A stretch of 34,483 bases of DNA from a virus (Duplodnaviria > Caudoviricetes): positions 1 to 34,483 of IMG/VR virus record IMGVR_UViG_3300022917_000020; one strand, 5' to 3'. Position 1 is the stretch's first letter. Every line of letters starts with the position of its first letter. The notes below the pieces were generated by a model. It was not told the DNA's origin and did not search any database. It was given only the letters and a program-made list of their open reading frames with translations. Below, in pieces: positions 24,737 through 32,351 of this stretch. Position numbers and translations under genes: made by a program.

Positions 24737-25182
24737 GGTGGTACTTCAATAACGGCCGATGGGAGAACGGTGCGGGCGTACCGTTGAAGGTGGCTCCGAT
24801 CCAAACTCATTTGGAGAAATCCGTTCCGTGGGACGTTTCGGCCGAAGCGTGGAAGGAATACGCAGACCAGGGGCACGGCAGTCAGTCACACGAGCGCATC
24901 TGCGAGCGCGCCGGATTCGGCGCCGCTGAATTGGCGATACTGCTGTACGAGCGAATCAAACGTCTAGAACGTAGTTCGCAGAAAGCCGGAGAACTATGTG
25001 TCGATGAGGGTTGCCCTCAGCACGGAACTGAGCACGTCTGCGTTGATGGCAGCGAGCAAACGCGCTGGGTGCCGTCCTCAAATGAAAATAGCGAGTTGAT
25101 TGACCGGGTTTGCCGTGGCGTGGCATCCGTTCAAGAGGGGCAGCAACTACGGGAATACATCGCCAGCTTGCAACATGAGTAA
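24733..25182 (+). CDS. Hypothetical modular protein (149 aa)
   Basis: GGAG RBS. VPW..AE.AWKEY...GHG.QS.ERI.ERAGFG..EL is a recurrent phage domain, followed by C..EGCP.HG..H.C. Confidence 0.6.
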   Translation: MRWYFNNGRWENGAGVPLKVAPIQTHLEKSVPWDVSAEAWKEYADQGHGSQSHERICERAGFGAAELAILLYERIKRLERSSQKAGELCVDEGCPQHGTEHVCVDGSEQTRWVPSSNENSELIDRVCRGVASVQEGQQLREYIASLQHE

Positions 25183-25510
25183 CCTAACATTCGAGAAGCT
25201 CGACGACATACGCCGAGACCTGGAGCGTGCCGCCCCGCGCGGGCTGGTGACGCCGTTTATGAACCGCTTTGGTGGTATGAAGATTATAGAGGCCCCGCCC
25301 GCGCCGCAGAAGATCGCGGTGCGCGACATAAAACACGCGGACGGCACATCCATACTGGCGCCCGAGTTCCGCCGTGAGATGGACGCTTGGCTTGCCGGGC
25401 GGTTCGGTTACGCGGATTATGTCTTTAAAGATCAGTTTTTCATCATGGGCGATACGATAATCGGCAGCATCGCCAACATCAGGGTGCTAAAGAGGCACTT
25501 CGGACCATGA
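25175..25510 (+). CDS. Hypothetical protein (111 aa)
   Basis: Overlap coupling; EFRREMDAWL..RFG motif. Confidence 0.6.
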   Translation: MSNLTFEKLDDIRRDLERAAPRGLVTPFMNRFGGMKIIEAPPAPQKIAVRDIKHADGTSILAPEFRREMDAWLAGRFGYADYVFKDQFFIMGDTIIGSIANIRVLKRHFGP

Positions 25511-25602
25511 CTCTCCACCACATTGCTGTTATGATCGACCTAACTATCAAAGGTGTGGCAACCGCTGCACTAATCTTCTTCCTATGGAGAAAATACAAAT
25601 GA
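25507..25602 (+). CDS. Small membrane peptide (31 aa)
   Basis: MTLHHIAVMIDLTIKGVATAALIFFLWRKYK; ATGA overlaps at both ends. Confidence 0.5.
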   Translation: MTLHHIAVMIDLTIKGVATAALIFFLWRKYK

Positions 25603-26267
25603 CCCGCTTCATCCTTCGCACCCTGCTCGGCGTTCCCATCTGGCTGCTCTACATGGCTGTTATGTTGCCGCTGATGCTCGTTGGCGTTCCGCTGGTAGCT
25701 GTGTTGGCACTGTACATGCAGCACATCTCGAAGTACCGCAGTCACGACGACAAGGGGCTGTTGCACTTCCCAGCACCGTTCGGACTGCGATTATTCTATC
25801 TGTGGGACAACGACGAGGACGGCGTTGACGGTGACCCCATCCCGGACGGCGTTGGCGGCGCACCGAAAAATCCGGCATGGTTCGACGCCACACAGCGCTG
25901 GTCTATGTGGCGCAAGGTGTTCGTCTGGAGCGCATGGCGCAACAGCGTCGGCAACGCGCGTCGCCTGCCATTCCTGGGTATGGACATGCGAGACCCCAAA
26001 GATGTGGTTGTGACGACGCCCAGAGCTGACTGGCTGGTTGCGGACTACGAGTACGACATGTGGCCAGCATACCGCAAGCTGGGTCCGTATGTCGCCCGCT
26101 ACGGCTACCGGTTCGAGTTGAAGTTCCCTTGGGGTCGGTGCAAGCTGTGTACGGGGACAGTGCCGTGCCCCACGCTGCGCTACTTCTGGATCGGCTGGCG
26201 CATCGCTCAGCAGGACCAACCCAATACGGACATCGGCTTCGCATTCCAACCCTGGGCCAAGCTGTGA
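25599..26267 (+). CDS. Membrane-anchored Trp-rich phage protein (WDNxEDGxDGD...WxAWRN family)
   Basis: N-terminal hydrophobic segment and conserved acidic/Trp motif; GGAG RBS. Confidence 0.65.
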   Translation: MTRFILRTLLGVPIWLLYMAVMLPLMLVGVPLVAVLALYMQHISKYRSHDDKGLLHFPAPFGLRLFYLWDNDEDGVDGDPIPDGVGGAPKNPAWFDATQRWSMWRKVFVWSAWRNSVGNARRLPFLGMDMRDPKDVVVTTPRADWLVADYEYDMWPAYRKLGPYVARYGYRFELKFPWGRCKLCTGTVPCPTLRYFWIGWRIAQQDQPNTDIGFAFQPWAKL

Positions 26268-26380
26268 GCCGCTGCGAGCACAATGTACGAGGGCGGATGT
26301 GCCGACGCGAAGCCGTGCGCAAAGCATCGATCTTCTACTTCTGTACTTTCCACTACAACCGATGGACGGCCCGACGCTGA
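26264..26380 (+). CDS. Small C-C-C-H zinc-finger-like peptide (38 aa)
   Basis: MSRCEHNVRGRMCRREA.....YFCTFH; GTGA and TGATG overlaps. Confidence 0.45.
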   Translation: MSRCEHNVRGRMCRREAVRKASIFYFCTFHYNRWTARR

Positions 26381-27045
26381 TGCCCATAACCCCCGAACGG
26401 CTAGGCCGAGAACTGGCTGACGTATTCAACAACGCCTACAACGAGGAGACAAACATGTGTGAATGTGAGTGTAAACAACGATACGAGAATGAAGTAGCTG
26501 CGCGTAGGCGACTCAGTGACGAGCTGGCTGAGGCTATACGAAATAGCCAGAAATGGGAAAATATAGCATTCAGTCGGTTGGGGGAGCGCAACGACCTCAT
26601 AGACCAGTTGGAGTCAGAGCGAAAGAAGCATACCGAGACGTTGAAGCTGTTGCAGTCAGAGCGGGCTGACAACACTAGCTTGCGCCAATCGCTAGCCAAA
26701 GCAGTGAATACGACGTCAGCACTGGCGAGTGAGGTACAGACTGCACGGGTGAGCGACTCGTTCACACTGCACCGGCACAACGTATCCGCAGCGGTCAAAA
26801 AATACTCGGACATTCCGCGCAGCCGCCCCAACCATCCGTTCCATGTTGCAACTGCCGTGATCTACCTGCTCGACCGCGTGGCGCAGCTTGAAATGAAGCT
26901 CGACGGCGGCCAGGGGAAAGTTAAAACGCAGATGCCGGATAAAAACGGCTACAGTGCGTATTACAACGGCATGGTGGCCGAAGCGCAGACGGCGCAGTCT
27001 CAATCCTCGCTGGGTGCAGGGTGGCCTGGGCTGCCTCCTGGTTAA
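26380..27045 (+). CDS. Coiled-coil protein (alternative start 26455 with GAGGAG RBS)
   Basis: Long heptad-rich helix; coupled ATG at 26380. Confidence 0.6.
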   Translation: MPITPERLGRELADVFNNAYNEETNMCECECKQRYENEVAARRRLSDELAEAIRNSQKWENIAFSRLGERNDLIDQLESERKKHTETLKLLQSERADNTSLRQSLAKAVNTTSALASEVQTARVSDSFTLHRHNVSAAVKKYSDIPRSRPNHPFHVATAVIYLLDRVAQLEMKLDGGQGKVKTQMPDKNGYSAYYNGMVAEAQTAQSQSSLGAGWPGLPPG

Positions 27046-27196
27046 CCTGAGTTAACAACATTGTAAAACCGCGCGCCGCAGTGCAGAAAATGCCTGCGGC
27101 GCGTTGCGTTGAGTGGTCGTAAAGCCACCTAATACCTTGGCACGGGACCTGCATATAGATACTCGGCCACACAACAAACCAATGGAGTATCTTGAA

Positions 27197-27892
27197 ATGA
27201 CTACGGTTACAGCGATTCAGAGTGTTACCGCAAAGATCCTGGGCGCCGACGCCGATAGCGAAGTGGGGAAAACCGAGTACCTACGTCTGCTTGTTGGAGA
27301 CATACAGACCGACCTGGGAGGCTCGCCCAGGATGCGCAACGCACGGGCGGCCCGCCTCACCCAGGAGGAGCGCGGCGCGCATCTCAAAATAGTAGCGGCC
27401 GTCAACGAGCGGTTTTACGCCGTCGTGATGGAAAAGGCCAAGGAGCTGGCACCTTCCGGGCCGGACCGCGCCAAGCGACTCAATGCCGCGACCAACTGGG
27501 CCAGGACCATAGTTCGGGACGTGAGGACCTACGTACGGGCTGGAAACGATTTGCGGGCGTTGAGCGCCGCCAAACTGCTCCGGGTTCAGCTCAGGGTGTC
27601 GATCCCGCCCCGGCCGCCCACACCGGCCGTGCTGCGGCGCAGGCTGGTAGAGCGCGGTAAGGAGGCAGTGGCCGCAGCCTTGGAGCTGATCGACAATGAC
27701 CCGATCGCGGCCCGTGCCGAGCTGGAATTACTCATGGCGCAGTTGGCGACGCAGCTCCTCAACCTGGGAGGCAACAAGCCAACCCGGGATGCCCAGGAAG
27801 CGATGACCCAGCACAAGCCGTTCCGCCTCAAGAGTACGGTGTTCATCCCGACTGAGACCATGGTGGCCCGTCAATTGAGCGCGCCGTCGTGA
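27197..27892 (+). CDS. Hypothetical Arg/Ala-rich helical protein (231 aa)
   Basis: GGAG RBS; long ORF with GC-biased third positions. Confidence 0.65.
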   Translation: MTTVTAIQSVTAKILGADADSEVGKTEYLRLLVGDIQTDLGGSPRMRNARAARLTQEERGAHLKIVAAVNERFYAVVMEKAKELAPSGPDRAKRLNAATNWARTIVRDVRTYVRAGNDLRALSAAKLLRVQLRVSIPPRPPTPAVLRRRLVERGKEAVAAALELIDNDPIAARAELELLMAQLATQLLNLGGNKPTRDAQEAMTQHKPFRLKSTVFIPTETMVARQLSAPS

Positions 27893-28110
27893 ATTTCGAA
27901 GTAGTGGACGGTCCGGAGCCGCTGGGGGCGGAAGCGAAAAGCTGTCTGCTCCGGGCCGCTCGCACAGCGTACAGACAGCTAGAGGCCGAGTTGGACCGCC
28001 TGCGAACACTCAACCGGCGCCACATGCAAGGGCCAATAGAGGCGACCGAAGCGGAGATGGATTGTCTCGCAGCGGGAATATCCTGGCTCTGGAATACCCC
28101 TACGGGCTAG
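27889..28110 (+). CDS. Hypothetical protein (73 aa)
   Basis: GTGA overlap. Confidence 0.55.
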   Translation: MNFEVVDGPEPLGAEAKSCLLRAARTAYRQLEAELDRLRTLNRRHMQGPIEATEAEMDCLAAGISWLWNTPTG

Positions 28111-28126
28111 TGCCCTGGCACTTGTT

Positions 28127-28156
28127 AGCCCCGAGCTTGACGGCTCGGGGCTTTTC
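28127..28156 (+). terminator. Intrinsic terminator (loop contains TTGACG, possible overlapping promoter)
   Basis: AGCCCCGAGC-TTGACG-GCTCGGGGCT-TTTC. Confidence 0.7.
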
Positions 28157-28172
28157 GTGCTGTAGTTGAGGC

Positions 28173-28436
28173 GTGCCAAACAAACTCACCACTCAACCAG
28201 CGGAGACACGCTGGACCTGCCTCAATACCACTGTCGATGAGCCCAACGAGCAAGGCGTCATTGCTATGCATTTCACACTCCAGAACGAAGACGGTTTCGT
28301 ATTCGTCTGCTCCGTGACCGGCGAAGGTCGTGCACAGGGTAAGGATTTCGTGGATGCACTGCGCATGGCGCAGGCCCGTATCGTACTCGCTTGCGGTGGC
28401 AAGTTTGAAGGCGCCCGACTCGCCAAACCCAACTAG
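28173..28436 (+). CDS. Hypothetical protein (87 aa)
   Basis: GTG start, no well-spaced SD (possibly leaderless). Confidence 0.55.
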   Translation: MPNKLTTQPAETRWTCLNTTVDEPNEQGVIAMHFTLQNEDGFVFVCSVTGEGRAQGKDFVDALRMAQARIVLACGGKFEGARLAKPN

Positions 28437-28445
28437 GAGACTGTT

Positions 28446-28760
28446 ATGTTGAAAGACACTGCCGCCCGCCGTGGCCTTGCCGTTCTGTTCGCTACCCTGA
28501 TTATCCTGGCCATTGATTTACTTTTTGCCCCCTACGCCCGCGCCCAAGAGCCTGTTAAGGCCGCTCCGCCCGTCGCGGCATTGTTGATTGCCCAGTGCGG
28601 AAAGATCGTAGCTGTTGCGGTGACGGATGCGCAGGGTAACCTGCACCCCGTGCCGCCAGAAGCACTGAACGATTCTGTGATGGCGTCACTGTTGCAGCCC
28701 ATTCCAGAAGCGAGTAGAATAGTCGCCACGGTTAAGTGCGACAACAGCACTGCGACGTAA
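28446..28760 (+). CDS. Secreted/periplasmic protein with signal peptide and two Cys (104 aa)
   Basis: AGGAG RBS; basic n-region, hydrophobic h-region, ARA|QE cleavage-like site. Confidence 0.65.
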   Translation: MLKDTAARRGLAVLFATLIILAIDLLFAPYARAQEPVKAAPPVAALLIAQCGKIVAVAVTDAQGNLHPVPPEALNDSVMASLLQPIPEASRIVATVKCDNSTAT

Positions 28761-28787
28761 CGCTCAACAATTCACCACGGAGATTTT

Positions 28788-29288
28788 ATGGACCTGCTGA
28801 AGTTTCAAGCGTCGCTCGACGCACACACTGCGGCGCTGAACACTCACAGCGCAGCCCTGGAGAAGTTCATGGCAGTAGCCGCTAGCGGCGGAGCTACTGC
28901 GTCGGGGGAAGCACCGCGTGGCCGGGGCCGTCCGTCGAATGCAGAAAAGGCTGCACAAGTAGCTGCGACTGCAACACAGACTGTTGTAACGGCCCAGCCA
29001 CAGACGAATGTGCTTGCGGCATCGGTGGCCCCTATAGCTGCCCAAACTGCGGTAGCTGCGCAGACCACTGCAGTTGCTAGCGGCCCGCTGACTCACTTGG
29101 CGCTGAAGGACCTATTCACGGACTTCGCCAAGAAGCACGGCCGCGAGAAGTTGGTCGCGTTGCTCGATGAGTTTGGCGCCACGGAGTTTGGCAAGGTCAA
29201 GGTTGAAGACTTGTCGCTGTTCCGTGATCGTCTCCTTGGCAAGCCTCAGACCCCGGTCGATACAAGCGACCTCCTGGGTTTGGGTTAA
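28788..29288 (+). CDS. Conserved replication-module protein preceding DUF2800 (coiled N-terminus, Ala/Thr linker, helical C-terminal domain)
   Basis: GGAG RBS; PRGRGRP AT-hook-like motif; C-terminal L.....FAKKHGRE....LL..FGA..F..V..EDL typical of this module. Confidence 0.7.
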   Translation: MDLLKFQASLDAHTAALNTHSAALEKFMAVAASGGATASGEAPRGRGRPSNAEKAAQVAATATQTVVTAQPQTNVLAASVAPIAAQTAVAAQTTAVASGPLTHLALKDLFTDFAKKHGREKLVALLDEFGATEFGKVKVEDLSLFRDRLLGKPQTPVDTSDLLGLG

Positions 29289-29294
29289 CAGTTA

Positions 29295-29367
29295 GGGGAA
29301 AGCGCCGGTTCGAGCCCGGCCTGCAGATGCGTAATCATCCGCAGTGGTGTAGTGGTAGCACAGCCCC
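29295..29367 (+). ncRNA. Circularly permuted tRNA-like domain (YrlA/Y-RNA-like topology)
   Basis: Order: GGGG, T-arm GCCGG-TTCGAGC-CCGGC, closed acceptor CTGCAGATG-CGTAAT-CATCCGCAG, TG, D-arm GTGT-AGTGGTA-GCAC, A, GCCCC. Confidence 0.7.
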
Positions 29368-29374
29368 GCAAAGC

Positions 29375-29704
29375 GTCCCGCCCGCGCGCCGCACTAGCCT
29401 ACCAGGGAAAAAGTGCATCCTGATAGACGGCGCGCGGGGTTTGGGCTGACGAGTTCGGCTCTGAGTCACGGGAAACCGGGGTTCACTCATGCTGGGAAGG
29501 ACAGCACAGAGCCGTACAGAGTCCCGCCCGCGCGCCGCTCCATACAGGGGTGTAGTGGTATGAACCCCAGCGGCGCGCGGGAGATGGGCAGAATAGTTTG
29601 ATGGGTGGCCGCACCATAACGCTGTGACAACCACACGGGGCAGCGGAGCGAGGGCGGCGATGTGGAAAGCCAACCTAACGGCGGCCACCCTTCAAACTGT
29701 TCTG
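29375..29704 (+). ncRNA. Large multi-domain structured non-coding region
   Basis: Two repeated CCCGCGCGCCG/CGGCGCGCGGG domains, a CGGCTCTG/CAGAGCCG domain and a 24-bp closing helix (29589-29612/29681-29704). Confidence 0.6.
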
Positions 29705-29713
29705 GAGAACAAC

Positions 29714-29902
29714 ATGGCATCACCACTCGAAGCGGCACAAGCCGCCGTTGCACAGATGGACGAGAAAATAGAAGGTCAAAAGAACCTTGTCGCCAACACG
29801 AGGAACGAATTCAACAACGCGCAGGAGCGCCTGAAAGCAATGATGCAGGAGCGCTCCCGTTGGCAGCGGGCTGTCATCGTACTGAAGCAGGCCCGTGTAT
29901 GA
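29714..29902 (+). CDS. Small coiled-coil protein (62 aa)
   Basis: GGAG RBS; heptad pattern; ATGA overlap with the nuclease gene. Confidence 0.7.
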   Translation: MASPLEAAQAAVAQMDEKIEGQKNLVANTRNEFNNAQERLKAMMQERSRWQRAVIVLKQARV

Positions 29903-31158
29903 GCGACGAGAAGGTCCATTCTATTCTGAGCCCTTCCGGCGCCAAACGCTGGACGCTGTGCACCGCGAGTCTTGCCGCGTGTAAAGACATAGTGGAGGAC
30001 CGCACCGGGCCGCGCATGCGTGCAGCAGCTCTGGGTACCGCCAAGCATCAACTGGTTGAGCACATCCTCAACAATCCTGACAAACACATGACGGCAATTG
30101 AGTCGAGTGAACTGGCGCAAGCGGACGGCTTCTCCTTCCCGATAGATTCCGAGTTCTGTGACCACGTCAACACGGCACTGTCACACATCCGCTCATTGGG
30201 TGGCGACCAAACCTACGAGCGTTGGGTCAGTACCGAGCCGTTGTTTGGTATCCCCGGCCAGGGCGGCACAGTCGACGTAGCGGCCATCCACCTATACGAC
30301 GGAACATTGGAGATTCTCGACGAGAAGTTTGGCTACACCTATGTGGCACCGGATGCCCCCCAATTGAAGATTTACGCCACGGCGTTGCTGGCGGAGCTGG
30401 ACCCGCACAGAAACATCTTCGTCAAGGTGCGCCTGCACATCTCGCAGCCCAAGCTCGGCGACAACCTGCGAACGGCGGAGTTCACCCCGGCTGAGCTGTG
30501 GGCGTACATCGACAGCATCCGCCCGGCCGCCGTGGCAGCTTACAACCTGTATATAAACAAAGAGGCGTTGTCCGCTGATGTTTTGGAGGCGGCTAAAACC
30601 CCCAGTGACGAGGCGTGCGAGTGGTGCGACATCCGTCTGACGTGTGCCGCGCGCATGAAGCAGTTGAGCGGTGATTTCCCCATCATGCCGAGTCACGCGC
30701 CGGACGTGCCGGTGACGTACGATCCCGGTCAGATGACGGCAGAACAGCTCGACGCTGCACTGACCCGCATCGACTCCGTGGTGAAGTTTGTTGCCGACTG
30801 GGCCGACAACCTGCGAGCTGAAGGGCTGCGCCGCGCATACCTCAATGAGTTGCCCGGCTGGGGTGTCTACGAGGGGAAGAAAGGCGCCCGCGCGGTGCCC
30901 GCCGCTGACAAGCCTATCTTCGAGTCAATTGTGGTGGCCGACCTAGGTCCCGATGCGTACGAGAAGCCCGAGCTAAAGACTCCCACGCAGTTGGAGAAGG
31001 TCTATAAGCGGCTGGGCAAGCTGGACGAGTGGAAAACCGTACAAGAAGGCTGGGTCGTGCAGGCGCCCGGCTCGCCGAGCCTCATGCGGACGACGGCCGG
31101 GGTGAAGCCGATTGCTGAGATGGTCTCCAACGAGTTTGGATTGATCGAGACGAAATGA
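29899..31158 (+). CDS. DUF2800-like PD-(D/E)XK (Cas4-like) exonuclease
   Basis: HSILSPSGAKRWTLC, GTAKH, GTVD, ILDEKFG, QLKIYA, CEWC....C. Start reassigned to ATG 29899. Confidence 0.88.
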   Translation: MSDEKVHSILSPSGAKRWTLCTASLAACKDIVEDRTGPRMRAAALGTAKHQLVEHILNNPDKHMTAIESSELAQADGFSFPIDSEFCDHVNTALSHIRSLGGDQTYERWVSTEPLFGIPGQGGTVDVAAIHLYDGTLEILDEKFGYTYVAPDAPQLKIYATALLAELDPHRNIFVKVRLHISQPKLGDNLRTAEFTPAELWAYIDSIRPAAVAAYNLYINKEALSADVLEAAKTPSDEACEWCDIRLTCAARMKQLSGDFPIMPSHAPDVPVTYDPGQMTAEQLDAALTRIDSVVKFVADWADNLRAEGLRRAYLNELPGWGVYEGKKGARAVPAADKPIFESIVVADLGPDAYEKPELKTPTQLEKVYKRLGKLDEWKTVQEGWVVQAPGSPSLMRTTAGVKPIAEMVSNEFGLIETK

Positions 31159-31391
31159 TGCGAATTTTCGATGAAGTTGTGGAGGACATAGCGCAGATGG
31201 TACGTTTGTTGGAGCGGCGCGGCCCGGTCGATCGGCGCCGTTTGGCGTTCCGCGTGACTGAGGATGAGTACCGGCAGTTGCAGTTTCAAGCCTCCAGTTA
31301 CCGGCTATACCGCGAACCTAACCCGCTGCCTATTGCAGACCCGTTGCACATACTTGGCGTCAAAATCGTACCGGACCTCCCTCATGATTGA
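31155..31391 (+). CDS. Hypothetical protein (78 aa)
   Basis: ATGA overlap; ends ILGVKI. Confidence 0.55.
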   Translation: MMRIFDEVVEDIAQMVRLLERRGPVDRRRLAFRVTEDEYRQLQFQASSYRLYREPNPLPIADPLHILGVKIVPDLPHD

Positions 31392-31557
31392 CTTCGCCGA
31401 ACGAGATTACTGCGGGCACTGTGACTCATATCACCGTCCGGGCATGTGCCCAGTTGACGCCGCGAAGCCGAAGGAGCAGACTCCATCTGAGCGTCCCGGG
31501 TATTTCCGAGGCGCCAAAATCAGCAAACCGCAAAATGGAAAAGGAAATGGGAAATGA
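31384..31557 (+). CDS. Hypothetical protein (57 aa, CxxC..H...C)
   Basis: Overlaps both neighbours. Confidence 0.45.
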   Translation: MIDFAERDYCGHCDSYHRPGMCPVDAAKPKEQTPSERPGYFRGAKISKPQNGKGNGK

Positions 31558-32204
31558 GTATTGCAAAAACTCGCGTTCATTTGATTGACAGCCCGCAGCA
31601 CCCTGTGCGCTTCTCGTACTTCTTCGGGCACGAGCCGTTCAAGTCCACCAAGCCGAACGAACACGGCGTCATTCCGCCGCCGCAGTTCAAGTCTCAGTTC
31701 ATAATCGGCAAGGATCACCCCCAGGTGAAAGAGATTGGCGAAGCCATCATCGAGGCGGCCAAGTTGTTCTGGAAAGACAAGTGGGAAACCATGCTCGTAG
31801 CGGCCCGCGCCAAAGGCAAGATCCCCTTGCTTCCCGGCGAGGTCCGCAACCCTGGCGACGAGAACAGCGCTGGCAAGTTGGTACTGACAGGCAACGCCAA
31901 GGGTCGATTCTCCATTGTTGAGACTCGCGGCGGACGTAACGTGCCGTTGACAGTTGAGGACGGACGGCCGTACTCGGGATCCTACGGCTGCGCCATTGTC
32001 AACATCTTCGGTTACAAGAAAGGTGGCGGCGAAGGCATCTCGTGCGGCATTGAAGGCGTGCAGCATACGCGCCACGGCGAAGCGTTCGGCGGCGGTCGTG
32101 TCGCGGCTCCCGAGGAGTTTGGCTTGGTGGACGTGGGGGCATCTGCCGACGCTCCGCCTCCCGGTGCTGCCGACGACGGCATTTCAAGCCTACTTGGGTT
32201 CTAA
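31554..32204 (+). CDS. DUF2815-like single-stranded DNA-binding protein (T7 gp2.5-like)
   Basis: VRFSY, PYSGSYG.AIVNIF.Y.....GISCG..GVQ....GEAFGGG, acidic C-terminal tail ending in Phe. Confidence 0.88.
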   Translation: MSIAKTRVHLIDSPQHPVRFSYFFGHEPFKSTKPNEHGVIPPPQFKSQFIIGKDHPQVKEIGEAIIEAAKLFWKDKWETMLVAARAKGKIPLLPGEVRNPGDENSAGKLVLTGNAKGRFSIVETRGGRNVPLTVEDGRPYSGSYGCAIVNIFGYKKGGGEGISCGIEGVQHTRHGEAFGGGRVAAPEEFGLVDVGASADAPPPGAADDGISSLLGF

Positions 32205-32206
32205 CT

Positions 32207-32329
32207 GTTTGGTCTGAGTCGTGTTCCCGGTGAGGGTTCTACAGGGGATAGCTGTGCAACAAACCCTGGCACGACAGACGAGCCAAACCCGCGCGCTGAA
32301 ACAACCGTTGTGGCGGAGTAAGCGCGCGG
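32207..32329 (+). other. Structured intergenic element (two stem domains)
   Basis: GTTTGGT/GCCAAAC, GTCGTGT/GCACGAC, AGGGTT/AACCCT nested helix, then CCGCGCGCT/AGCGCGCGG. Confidence 0.6.
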
Positions 32330-32351
32330 TCTCTTCACCACGGAGAACAAC

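Noticed and set aside
29295-29704. Two-piece (permuted) tmRNA
   Set aside because: The permuted order and downstream pseudoknot-like domains are suggestive, but there is no G3.U70 pair, no CCA, a full D-stem is present and no tag ORF ending in an ALAA-like sequence was found.
29662-29898. N-terminal extension of the DUF2800 ORF (498-aa call)
   Set aside because: Overlaps the structured RNA and the 29714 gene; the family motif begins right after ATG 29899.
29899-31158. CRISPR-associated Cas4
   Set aside because: No cas1 or array. The DUF2800-DUF2815-PolA context is a standard phage replication module.
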